From assembly GCA_041223485.1 (NCBI GenBank), contig JBCLQI010000005.1: a DNA stretch of 64,000 nt; one strand, 5' to 3'. Under the pieces are notes generated by a model. That model was not told the origin of the DNA, made no database searches, and worked only from the letters and a program-made list of their open reading frames with translations. The stretch comes from Lachnospiraceae bacterium 48-33. Its GTDB lineage: Bacteria; Bacillota; Clostridia; Lachnospirales; Lachnospiraceae. The translations under genes and the position numbers were made by a program. This document shows, one piece after another, positions 19,455 through 28,929 of this stretch; within the stretch, counting starts at the first letter, position 1; the number at the start of each line of letters is the position of its first letter.

Positions 19455-20744
19455 TTACAAATATTGCTTTAACTTTTTCACATTTCTTTCAACGGCTGCA
19501 GCCTGTTCTTCCAGCATTTCCTGCTGTGTAAACATCTTTGTTTCCGGCCGGTTCATATAAGCAGCATATTTTATTTTTTCTCTGTCAATATACATTGAAT
19601 CCTCGACTAAAATCGAATAATCCGGTACTCCATGATTGGTTTCCTTAAAAAATTCTACAAAATCATCTTCGTTTATTTTATCATTCAGAAAATCTTTCCA
19701 GAAACTTTCATTGGAAGCAAAACGCAGGTTATCCTTCTGGTCAAAGCGGTCCAGAAAATTCATTACTTTATTATATTCAGAAGAATCCTGAAATGGAATA
19801 AACCAGAGTTTTTTTGAACTGTCCCCAATAGGTCCGAGCTTGCTGCAGTAAATCCCTTCGGCAGTATACACCGTTACATACATCGGTTTTTCAGATTCCG
19901 AGTTCTCCGGCGGAAAGCTGCAAGCGGTAGTATCAGAAATAAGATTTGTCAATTCTTCCAGAAGAGACTCGTTTTGCTCAGCCTTGCTTTGATTTACCGT
20001 ACCGGTTTTTTCAGCTTCATGCTTTGATTTTGCCTTTGCTTCTTTGCTGGCATTTTCTTCCTCTCTCTGTTTTCTGAACATTTCCTGTACTTCATCAAAT
20101 TTTTCCAGCATTTTATCCCATTGTTTCTCTGTAAAAGAACATTTTCCAATCTGGTAGCTTGGCTCTGTTTCACCATTTTTAATTTTTTCATACATTTCTT
20201 CGGATTTTCCATGAAGAATCTGCATGATTTCTTCCGGTGTATACCATGAAGTTTTCTGTTTATCTTCCTCTGCGGCTTCTGTTTTACTTAACTGCTCTAA
20301 CTTTTCAATAAAGGAACCATAAAACTCTTTTTCCTTTTCTTTGTGCTGTTTGACTTCCTCGCTTTTTGGCTGACTTGGGTCAAGCGGATGCTCAAGAGCG
20401 TACAATGCCTCCTTTGCCGCCTGCAATGCAGATTCCACAGTATTTCCAAGAATATCATTGTAATTTTGAACTCCATTCATACGTCTTTGCATTTGCATAA
20501 CCAGCATTTGGGATATATGGCTTAACATTCCATTGCCTTTTATTCCATATCCATTTACGCCTGTTTCCTCTGCCGCCTGCATCCATGCATTTTTTACAGA
20601 TTCCGGCGCAGTTGGCCCCACGGATTCAAACGCAGACTCATTATGGTTGTTCCCTGTTTCATTCTTTTCTGTCGAAGCCGTTTTTTGTGTTTTTGGATAT
20701 GTAGTGTCAAAGGCATATCCGACAGTCACTTTGTCAAGTGTCAT
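19455..20744 (-). CDS. Hypothetical cytoplasmic protein (429 aa), highly charged with a K/E-rich centre
   Basis: Long ORF with consistent coding character. No recognisable motifs, no signal peptide and no transmembrane helix. Confidence 0.45.
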   Translation of the reverse strand: MTLDKVTVGYAFDTTYPKTQKTASTEKNETGNNHNESAFESVGPTAPESVKNAWMQAAEETGVNGYGIKGNGMLSHISQMLVMQMQRRMNGVQNYNDILGNTVESALQAAKEALYALEHPLDPSQPKSEEVKQHKEKEKEFYGSFIEKLEQLSKTEAAEEDKQKTSWYTPEEIMQILHGKSEEMYEKIKNGETEPSYQIGKCSFTEKQWDKMLEKFDEVQEMFRKQREEENASKEAKAKSKHEAEKTGTVNQSKAEQNESLLEELTNLISDTTACSFPPENSESEKPMYVTVYTAEGIYCSKLGPIGDSSKKLWFIPFQDSSEYNKVMNFLDRFDQKDNLRFASNESFWKDFLNDKINEDDFVEFFKETNHGVPDYSILVEDSMYIDREKIKYAAYMNRPETKMFTQQEMLEEQAAAVERNVKKLKQYL

Positions 20745-20980
20745 TTTAATTCTCCTTTCTGCAGCTCATCAGTCAGTCAGAGCTGCACCGCTTTCCTGAA
20801 AGGTCCAAGCGGTATTATTTAAATAATTTTAATAAATGGTACTGTATAAACAGTAATCACATAGTATATATCGACAACACAAAAAGGATTTTTATAATAA
20901 TGACATAAATAAGAGTTGAAATGATATAAATTATAGAAACCGTATTTTTAATCTCTTATATGAATTTTAAATATTATTTT

Positions 20981-21730
20981 CTAATGGCTCAAAGCTTTCA
21001 CTACTTCCCCCGCAATAATAAGCCCTGCAACCGACGGTACAAATGCAACACTTCCCGGAACTGTTTTTCTGCCGCTGTTTCCATACGCATCTGTACTCCC
21101 CATACCAAAATTTGCACCAATCGGCGTTTCTTCTGAATATACAACTCTCAGCCTTTCTATTCCACGTTTTTTTAACTCCCGTCTCATCACTCTTGCCAGA
21201 GGACATATCTTTGTTTCGTAGATATCCGCTGCCCGAAACATGCTTCCATCCAGCTTATTTCCTGCCCCCATACTGCTGATAATAGGCACATGCTTTTCCT
21301 CCGCCTTCATTACCAGCTCTATTTTTGCTGTCACAGTATCCACAGCATCCACCACATAGTCATATTCATAAAAGGGAAATTCATCTGCATTTTCTGGTAA
21401 AAAAAAGGTATTATAAATTCTGACATCAATCTCTGGATTAATATCAAGCATCCGCTCCTTCATCACCTCTGTTTTATATCTTCCAATACTCCTTCTAGTA
21501 GCTATAATCTGCCTGTTCAGATTGGAAAGACTTACCTTATCGCTGTCAATTAAATCAAACGCACCGATTCCGCTTCGAACCAGTGCTTCGCAGACATATC
21601 CGCCCACACCTCCGATTCCGAAAACTGCCACGCGGGATTTTTTTAACCGGTCCATAGCCTCCTTTCCTAAAAGTAATTCTGTTCTTGAAAACTGCTCTGA
21701 CATAAATTCTCCTTTATAAAAACTGTGCAA
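20981..21730 (-). CDS. tcdA: tRNA threonylcarbamoyladenosine dehydratase (ThiF/MoeB E1-like)
   Basis: VAVFGIGGVGGYVCEALVRSGIGAFDLIDSDKVSLSNLNRQ nucleotide-binding motif, 249 aa. Confidence 0.85.
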   Translation of the reverse strand: MHSFYKGEFMSEQFSRTELLLGKEAMDRLKKSRVAVFGIGGVGGYVCEALVRSGIGAFDLIDSDKVSLSNLNRQIIATRRSIGRYKTEVMKERMLDINPEIDVRIYNTFFLPENADEFPFYEYDYVVDAVDTVTAKIELVMKAEEKHVPIISSMGAGNKLDGSMFRAADIYETKICPLARVMRRELKKRGIERLRVVYSEETPIGANFGMGSTDAYGNSGRKTVPGSVAFVPSVAGLIIAGEVVKALSH

Positions 21731-22406
21731 ATACTGACGCTCCCACTACTGTAATCAGTCCAGCTACTGCTATGGCGAGGCTGCTCATAGCACCTTCTAT
21801 CTCTCCCATTTCCATGGCTTTCACTGTACCTATCGCATGACTTGCAGAGCCAATCGCCACACCCTTCGCAATTGGCTCTTCTATGCGAAATATTTTGCAT
21901 ACTGCTTCTGCAATTATATTTCCAACAATTCCTGTTAATATAATCGCCGCAATTGAAATCGTTACGATTCCTCCCATTTCCTCCGATACTGCCATTCCGA
22001 TTGCAGTAGTAATTGATTTTGGCAGCATGGTAACATACTCCTTATGACTTAATCCAAAAACGATGGCGAGAAACAATGTTCCTGAAAGACTTGCCAGTAC
22101 ACCGGACAAAATTCCCAGAAGAACCGCCAGCATATTCTTTTTTAAAAGTTGTATCTGCTGGTACAGCGGAATCGCCAGACAAACAGTAGCTGGAGTAAGC
22201 AGATAACTTAAATATTTTGCTCCCTCATAATAAGTATTATAATCAATTCGAAACAGAATCAAAAATCCTATCACAAAAAGAATGGAAATTAGCAGAGGAT
22301 TAAAAAGAGGCAGCTTCCATTTTCTTTTTAACCACAGCCCCAGTTCATATCCTGCAAGACTTATTACCACCCCGAAAAATATAAATTCTGCAAATATTTC
22401 ATTCAT
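21714..22406 (-). CDS. lrgB: LrgB-family murein hydrolase modulator (antiholin-like)
   Basis: 230-aa polytopic membrane protein paired with an upstream LrgA-like gene, with a 4-nt overlap. Confidence 0.75.
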   Translation of the reverse strand: MNEIFAEFIFFGVVISLAGYELGLWLKRKWKLPLFNPLLISILFVIGFLILFRIDYNTYYEGAKYLSYLLTPATVCLAIPLYQQIQLLKKNMLAVLLGILSGVLASLSGTLFLAIVFGLSHKEYVTMLPKSITTAIGMAVSEEMGGIVTISIAAIILTGIVGNIIAEAVCKIFRIEEPIAKGVAIGSASHAIGTVKAMEMGEIEGAMSSLAIAVAGLITVVGASVFAQFL

Positions 22407-22792
22407 TGTACTTTCTCCTTGTCCGATTCTTTCTTTGCTTCTTTTCGCCTATCATGCCGAATAATAAACTGTGCCGCATGACCGCCACAGACCATTACAA
22501 GCACTGTTACAAACAGCGTAATTACAGAAAACGACAGAAGCATAGGTTTTAATTCTCCCCACGCATCCATAAGTCCCACCGCAGCGGGTATAAACATCAC
22601 TGGCATAATTTCCACCAGAAACAATCCTGTTTCCCTTACACATTCCAATGACAGAATTTTTGTTCCCAGTAAGAAAAGCATAATCACCAGCCCATAAATG
22701 CTGGCAGGTATCGGGAGCGGAATAATATATTTTAACACCTCTCCCGCAAAGGAAACAGCCAGAATAATAAAGAACTGCTTTAAATATTTCAT
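22403..22792 (-). CDS. lrgA: LrgA/CidA holin-like protein
   Basis: 129 aa, four transmembrane helices, directly upstream of and coupled to lrgB. Confidence 0.7.
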   Translation of the reverse strand: MKYLKQFFIILAVSFAGEVLKYIIPLPIPASIYGLVIMLFLLGTKILSLECVRETGLFLVEIMPVMFIPAAVGLMDAWGELKPMLLSFSVITLFVTVLVMVCGGHAAQFIIRHDRRKEAKKESDKEKVQ

Positions 22793-22967
22793 AATAAACC
22801 TCTTTTCCTTTAAACTTTTTCAAAATTATTCCCCTTTTATTCTTTAATTTTATACCATAAAATTTTTTACTTTACAATATACTAATAATAATATCTTTGA
22901 AAGAATATATTTTATTGATATTTTTACAATATTTATCTGAATTTCTATAAGAAATGTTTACGAGGAA

Positions 22968-24740
22968 ATGTTTATGAGCAATCAAAAAATGGAAAATCTG
23001 CTGAATCTGTCGCTGGATGCGACCTTGGAAGAACGAATGAAGGCGCCTGATTTAAATGTCGGCTTTAACGATGCCGCCGACACATGGACTATTATTATCA
23101 GATATGTAAAAAATCTCGATGTTCTGAATCAATATTCGATTCAGCCGACGCTGCTTCTTGGAGGTTATGCTATTCTGGAGGTTCCAGAAGCGCTGATTGA
23201 ACAAATCTCTGCACTTGACGAAGTGATTTATGTAGAAAAACCGAAAAATCTTTTTTTTACTGTTACGGAAGGCCGGCGTACCTCCTGTGTCAGCGAAGTT
23301 CAAAATACAGTCGGAGCAAATGGAAATCCAGCTTCTTTAAGCCTGTTTGGAAACGGGTGTCTGGTTGGAATTATTGACAGTGGAATTGACTATGCAAATC
23401 CGGTATTCCGTAATGCAGATGGCAGTACCCGTATTATTGGTATCTGGGACCAGACAGAAAATGGTACTCCTCCTGCCGGATATCAAATCGGAGCATATTA
23501 TAATGAAGACCAGATTAACGAAGCACTGCAATATGAAAGTCCTGTTGAACAGCAAAGCATCGTGAGAACACAGGATTTGTCAGGACATGGTACAGCCGTA
23601 GCTTCCGTAGCTGCAGGTAATTTTGCAGCTGACAGAAGAAACAGCCTTGGAATGGCGACCAGAAGCAGCATTCTTGTAGTAAAATTAGGAAATCCCTATC
23701 AAAAATCTTTTCCGCGTACCAGTGAACTTATGCTTGCGATTGACTTTATGGTGCGAAAGGGAATTGAACTGAATATGCCTCTGGCTTTAAATTTAAGCTT
23801 TGGCAACAGCTATGGTTCCCATACTGGAAGCTCTCTTTTGGAAACTTATATTGATACTGCCGCTTCTTCAGGAATTACTTCTATTGTGATTGGAACAGGA
23901 AATGAAGGAACTGCATCGGGACATACTTCCGGCAGAATCCAAACAGGTGGACGTGATGTAATAGAATTATCTGCTGCCAGCTATGAAACAAATGTGAATA
24001 TTCAAATTTGGAAAGCATACTATGATGAAATGTCCTTTGAAATTATTTCTCCACAGGGAAATTCTTTTGTTATTCCCCCACAGGGACCGGCAGCTTACCG
24101 ATATAAAATGGAAAACACTAATCTGCTGATATATTATGGCGAGCCCAATCCATACAGTATTTATCAGGAAATTTATGTGGATCTTCTGCCGGAACAAACC
24201 TATATAAACGCAGGATTATGGCAGATTGTAATTACTGGAACACGAATTGTAAACGGAGAATATCATCTGTGGCTTCCTGTGGAATCTGCCTTAAACGGAA
24301 GCCGTTTTACCATGCCTTCTCCCTATGCGACACTGACAATTCCCTCTACTTCCAGCAAAGCAGTTTCTGTCGGAGCATACAATCCCTATAATCTTTCCTA
24401 TGCTTCATTTTCCGGCCGCGGATATGATTTATCCTCCGCAATTTTAAGAAATATGATAAAACCAGATATTTCTGCACCGGGAGTTGATATCACGACTGCT
24501 GCTGCCGGAGGTGGCTTCCTTTTGAACAGCGGAACTTCTATCGCCACTCCCTTTGTCACAGGAGCAGCTGCTATCATGATGGAATGGGGAATTATAAATG
24601 GAAACGACCCATTTCTGTATGGAGAAAAGCTGAAAGCCTATCTTTTAAATGGCGCAAAACCACTTACAGGTTTTGATGAATACCCAAATCCCTATGTAGG
24701 ATGGGGCAGACTTTGTGTAAAAGACAGTCTGCCTCTGTGA
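22968..24740 (+). CDS. Subtilisin-like serine protease (S8), Csp-like germination protease candidate
   Basis: Catalytic triad motifs GIIDSGID (Asp), HGTAVASVAAG (His) and GTSIATPFVTGAAA (Ser). N-terminal prodomain and an RIIGIWDQT insertion typical of clostridial Csp proteases. Confidence 0.8.
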   Translation: MFMSNQKMENLLNLSLDATLEERMKAPDLNVGFNDAADTWTIIIRYVKNLDVLNQYSIQPTLLLGGYAILEVPEALIEQISALDEVIYVEKPKNLFFTVTEGRRTSCVSEVQNTVGANGNPASLSLFGNGCLVGIIDSGIDYANPVFRNADGSTRIIGIWDQTENGTPPAGYQIGAYYNEDQINEALQYESPVEQQSIVRTQDLSGHGTAVASVAAGNFAADRRNSLGMATRSSILVVKLGNPYQKSFPRTSELMLAIDFMVRKGIELNMPLALNLSFGNSYGSHTGSSLLETYIDTAASSGITSIVIGTGNEGTASGHTSGRIQTGGRDVIELSAASYETNVNIQIWKAYYDEMSFEIISPQGNSFVIPPQGPAAYRYKMENTNLLIYYGEPNPYSIYQEIYVDLLPEQTYINAGLWQIVITGTRIVNGEYHLWLPVESALNGSRFTMPSPYATLTIPSTSSKAVSVGAYNPYNLSYASFSGRGYDLSSAILRNMIKPDISAPGVDITTAAAGGGFLLNSGTSIATPFVTGAAAIMMEWGIINGNDPFLYGEKLKAYLLNGAKPLTGFDEYPNPYVGWGRLCVKDSLPL

Positions 24741-24778
24741 TACATTCTAAAACGACTTTAAAGCCTGATTTTAACTAA

Positions 24779-24827
24779 ATATGCCGATTTATCCCACCTT
24801 TGCAGATGTCAGAATAAATCGGCATAT
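24779..24827. terminator. Bidirectional terminator between convergent genes: perfect 14 bp stem ATATGCCGATTTAT...ATAAATCGGCATAT
   Basis: Perfect inverted repeat with a 21 nt loop, located between the S8 protease (+) and the hypothetical gene (-). Confidence 0.6.
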
Positions 24828-24876
24828 GAACTATATAAAGTACATTATGAAACTGTTGTTTGACAGAAAGGTTGTA

Positions 24877-25668
24877 TTATTGGGAGAGATGTGAAAATAA
24901 CGTATGTTCTGATGTATAAACATGTATCATTTCTGTCCAGTACGCTTCTAGTAGATGCTCTGACTCCTCCTGCTTTTTATAGTAAATATATAATTCAAAT
25001 GGATATAGCATAGATGGATCTGATTCAGATTCAGATGGTATCTCATTTATATTTTTCTCAAAAATATATCTGTCATCATTTATTAAAATGGTATAAAAAA
25101 TTTGTGTATCCGGAGAAAAGCAGATTTCCAGTTTATTATTCAGTTTAGGCATTGTAAGATAAATATTGTATAGCTGAATATGGATGAATTCACCTGAAAA
25201 AACATCCATCAAATTATACAGATGTACTTCTTCTATCTGCCAGTCCTCTTTTTCCTTTATCCAGTTTATTATCCAATTCTGAAACATATCATGCCATTCA
25301 CTTTTGACCGGATGATTCCCCATTTTGTCAGTTTCTTCCTCTATGCCTTTTTCTACAGAAGCTATATAGTTTTGAAATATATTTTGGATAATTTTCAGAT
25401 ATCCATTCTCTATTTCTCTGTCAGCTTCTGTTTTTTCAGTTTTGTGCCTGTATATGGTTGTATATTGATAAGACGCTATATCTTTCATTATTGTTGATAT
25501 TTGCCACAGATTGGCTTTACTGTCAGGTTTCTCATAGGAATATTGTTCCATTTCTTCAATCACAGTTTCATATTCATATTTTTGAAAATAGAGGCTTGGA
25601 AAATATAATGCCGCCAAAGTAACTGCTGCCAGCACAAAAACAGAAACTATATATTTTAATGCTTTCAT
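24877..25668 (-). CDS. Membrane-anchored hypothetical protein, last gene of the OmpR-type two-component operon
   Basis: N-terminal transmembrane helix, then a Y/E/W-rich domain. 4-nt overlap with the upstream histidine kinase gene. Confidence 0.45.
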   Translation of the reverse strand: MKALKYIVSVFVLAAVTLAALYFPSLYFQKYEYETVIEEMEQYSYEKPDSKANLWQISTIMKDIASYQYTTIYRHKTEKTEADREIENGYLKIIQNIFQNYIASVEKGIEEETDKMGNHPVKSEWHDMFQNWIINWIKEKEDWQIEEVHLYNLMDVFSGEFIHIQLYNIYLTMPKLNNKLEICFSPDTQIFYTILINDDRYIFEKNINEIPSESESDPSMLYPFELYIYYKKQEESEHLLEAYWTEMIHVYTSEHTLFSHLSQ

Positions 25669-27065
25669 GCTTCTTCACCTCCCGTTTTCAGATAAACAGA
25701 AATTTCTGTACCTTTGCCTTTTTTGCTTACAATATTCAAGTTGCTTCCATGAATCTTCGCAATTTCCCGACACAGTGCTAGTCCAAGACCTGCACCTCCC
25801 ATTGTACGGGCACGGGATTTATCTACCATATAAAAAGGCTCCGTAATTTTCAAAAGTTCCTCTTCCTCTATCCCTATACCGGTATCCTTTACAACAATTT
25901 CATAATACCTGTCCTGCATATATCCAAGAACATAAATATCCGCTGTTTTGTTCGCTATTTCATTTCCTGCCATAGCCTTACAGCCATTATCCACAAGATT
26001 GTATACAAGAGTTGCCATTAAATCCTTCTCCATTACCGCCATACCAAAATCACATCTGATATGAAGTGTCGTATGGTATTTTTCCATTACAAATAGAAGA
26101 GTCTTTTCAAGTTCAACAAAAAAATACTTCATATGAACAGGCTTTAAATCAAATTCCTGTTTCTGAAGTACAATCAAATCCATCAGATGAAGCGCCAGTG
26201 TCTCCAGACGTGTTCCTTCATGATAGATATATTCTGCAAACTGACGACGCTTTTCAAATCCCGCATCATAGCTTCTGAGCAAATCTGCATAGCCAATAAT
26301 TGAAGTCAGGGGAGTTTTTAATTCGTGCGTAAAGTTATTGACAAAATCCTCTCTTCTGCGGTTTTCTTCCTGAAGTTCTTTAATATATTTCTCCACATAC
26401 TCTGCCATACAGTTAAAGCTCTTCGTCAGAGAACGAATTTCTGTGCTTCCACTTGTCTTTACACGCTTGTCAAAACGGCCGTTTCCTATTTCTGCTGCTG
26501 CCACCGACAGTCTTTTTAACGGTTTTGTCAAATGCGCGGAAAACAGCAGAAGCAAACTGCCACTTACCACAGAAACAGCAAGAAGAATCATTTGAAACTG
26601 ATGGTAATTTACCTCTCTGGCCTGATAGATATCAGAAATATTTTCCAGATTTTCTATACAAATCTGGTTTTCCTTTATATCCGGCATGGAAACCACCTGC
26701 AAAAATGGCTTTCCTTCTTTCTCTATCATCTGTATCATCCGGTTACCTGTTTTCAGACGTTCTTTAAACAGCGTTTTCTCATAGCCGGTTACCTGTGAAG
26801 GTTTTCCAATAAATACTCTTGTATTTTTATCCTCACGAATTACATTTTTACGATAATTTTCCGCCATATTCATATTCAAATATGTGTCAATATTTACCAT
26901 AGACAAATAGGATTCTGTCAAATACTGATTAGTCTCTTTTAAACTGTCCTGTCGAAAACGGATATTGTTTTCAAAAGATGTTTCGATAATCAAAAATCCT
27001 CCTATTCCAAAAGACAGCATGATAATAATATATGTGTACACAAAAATCTTCCATGAAAATCTCAT
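25665..27065 (-). CDS. Sensor histidine kinase (HAMP-HisKA-HATPase), OmpR-partner type
   Basis: Two transmembrane helices, H-box FTHELKTPLTSI, N/G boxes (LVDNGCKA; DTGIGIEEE; GGAGLGLAL). Confidence 0.85.
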   Translation of the reverse strand: MRFSWKIFVYTYIIIMLSFGIGGFLIIETSFENNIRFRQDSLKETNQYLTESYLSMVNIDTYLNMNMAENYRKNVIREDKNTRVFIGKPSQVTGYEKTLFKERLKTGNRMIQMIEKEGKPFLQVVSMPDIKENQICIENLENISDIYQAREVNYHQFQMILLAVSVVSGSLLLLFSAHLTKPLKRLSVAAAEIGNGRFDKRVKTSGSTEIRSLTKSFNCMAEYVEKYIKELQEENRRREDFVNNFTHELKTPLTSIIGYADLLRSYDAGFEKRRQFAEYIYHEGTRLETLALHLMDLIVLQKQEFDLKPVHMKYFFVELEKTLLFVMEKYHTTLHIRCDFGMAVMEKDLMATLVYNLVDNGCKAMAGNEIANKTADIYVLGYMQDRYYEIVVKDTGIGIEEEELLKITEPFYMVDKSRARTMGGAGLGLALCREIAKIHGSNLNIVSKKGKGTEISVYLKTGGEEA

Positions 27066-27066
27066 A

Positions 27067-27732
27067 TTATTTCCCCCTGCTGCAATATTTATACCCTACT
27101 TTATAAACGGCAACTATCTGTTCTTCCATATGGAGCTTATGTCTCAGCCTTTGTACATGTGAATCTACAGTTCTTGTTTCTCCCATAAACGGACACTGCC
27201 AGACACGCTCATAGATAGTTTCACGATAAAGTGCAATATCCTTGTTTTTTAAAAACAACACCAGTATATCAAATTCCTTCACTGTAAGCTCAACCGGTTT
27301 TCCATTTTTTCTGACGGTATGTGCATCAATATCTACCTCCAAATCTCCCTCTGTAATTTTTGACTGCAACCTGTTTTCTCTGCGAAGCACTACTTCTACT
27401 CTTGCTGACAGCTCTTCGATTGAAAAGGGTTTTACAATATAATCCTCTGCACCAAGCTTCAGTCCCTTTACTCTGTCTTTTACATCTGATTTTGCCGTAA
27501 TAAAAATGACTGGTATTTTATATTCCTTGATATATCCAATCAGTTCAAATCCGTCAATTTCCGGAAGCATAACATCCAAAAGGACTAAATCAAAGGTTTC
27601 TTTTTCCAAAATATCTGCGCATGTTTTTCCATCATAAACACAAATACACTGATAGTTTTCTTTTTCCAGAGCTTCTCTGATTAAATTTGAAATTAAAAAC
27701 TCATCTTCTACAATTAAAATTCTGATTCTCAT
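27067..27732 (-). CDS. OmpR/PhoB-family response regulator
   Basis: Receiver domain (ILIVEDE...LLDVMLP) plus a winged-helix output domain. Adjacent to the kinase. Confidence 0.9.
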   Translation of the reverse strand: MRIRILIVEDEFLISNLIREALEKENYQCICVYDGKTCADILEKETFDLVLLDVMLPEIDGFELIGYIKEYKIPVIFITAKSDVKDRVKGLKLGAEDYIVKPFSIEELSARVEVVLRRENRLQSKITEGDLEVDIDAHTVRKNGKPVELTVKEFDILVLFLKNKDIALYRETIYERVWQCPFMGETRTVDSHVQRLRHKLHMEEQIVAVYKVGYKYCSRGK

Positions 27733-27809
27733 TTCTCTTTTCCTTTTATAATTTCTGTTAAAAGAAATACAGATATTATATTACATATTATGGATAGAAG
27801 CAAGAGTCT

Positions 27810-28625
27810 TTATGAATTCTCTGTAAGAATAATTGCCTGACTTCCCATATCTTTATATCTCTGAAAAAATATGCTGCGGTCATATTTTGTTTTGCCTTTG
27901 AGTGGGTCATGTACAGTTACCATATCCTTTTCATATTCTGTCAGCAGCACACAGTGTTCTCCGCCGGGCCATTCAAAATATTCATCTGTATACGTGTTTC
28001 CATATTTCAGATACCAGCCATTTTTATACGAGACTTCTTTCAAATCCATTGTAATCCATATACAAACTGGTATTTCATGACTCAGGTATTCTAAAATTTT
28101 TTCTTCCGATGCACCGGTAATATTCTTGACCAGAATATCTCCCCCGCTTTGCTTAATAAATTCCTCCATGGTTGCTGCAACAGCATCGGAAAATACACCA
28201 TATCTTCCAGAATAAGGACTTCCAACAAATGCTTTTGAAGGATGACAGGCATACATTTTTCCATTGTGCCACTCTAATTCACATAATGGAAGCGCATTGG
28301 CAAATTCCTCCTTATCTGCCGAAATTCCATATGCATTTAAAAGCATAACTGCCGCTGCCGATTCACAGCCTGATGGAAGCTGCGGATTCTGTAATATGAC
28401 TGGTATTTTACGCTCTTCAATATCTTTGATTATATTGTTTACTTTTGTCTCTTTTGACAAATCTGTTTTTTTTATTTTTATATTGTTATTTTCAGAAAAT
28501 TCTTCGGATTTTAATTCCTGTACTAAAAAATAGAATATGGTAGAAATCCCCAGAAATATAAAAAGAAAAATGATACGATAACGTTGCTTTCTTTTTCGTC
28601 TGTTTTTATCCGCTTTTATTTTCAT
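27810..28625 (-). CDS. Membrane-anchored papain-like peptidase, C39-like (Peptidase_C39_2/BtrH-like)
   Basis: N-terminal transmembrane helix. PQLPSGCESAAAVMLLNAYG matches the C39-like catalytic Cys context, and a downstream His region is present. Confidence 0.55.
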   Translation of the reverse strand: MKIKADKNRRKRKQRYRIIFLFIFLGISTIFYFLVQELKSEEFSENNNIKIKKTDLSKETKVNNIIKDIEERKIPVILQNPQLPSGCESAAAVMLLNAYGISADKEEFANALPLCELEWHNGKMYACHPSKAFVGSPYSGRYGVFSDAVAATMEEFIKQSGGDILVKNITGASEEKILEYLSHEIPVCIWITMDLKEVSYKNGWYLKYGNTYTDEYFEWPGGEHCVLLTEYEKDMVTVHDPLKGKTKYDRSIFFQRYKDMGSQAIILTENS

Positions 28626-28929
28626 ATTTTTCTGCCTCCTTATTAATTTTCAGATAATATATCATTTTCCTGCATCATTTCTGCTTCAAAATTGCATCAT
28701 TGTTGCATCATCTGAAAAAAACAGGAGGCAAAAAATCAGTTTTATAAATTTTTTTATATATAAAAGAACAAAGTGTTTGCGGCTCCACAAGTTTGTGATA
28801 ACCTTTCCAACACTTTGTTCATAAATATCTGTGTTCTAACACTCCAATAGATAAAGCACGTCGGGTTTTTATATACATTTACTTTCAAATATACGCAAAA
28901 GTATATAAGGCCAATAAATATCTCTGCAA

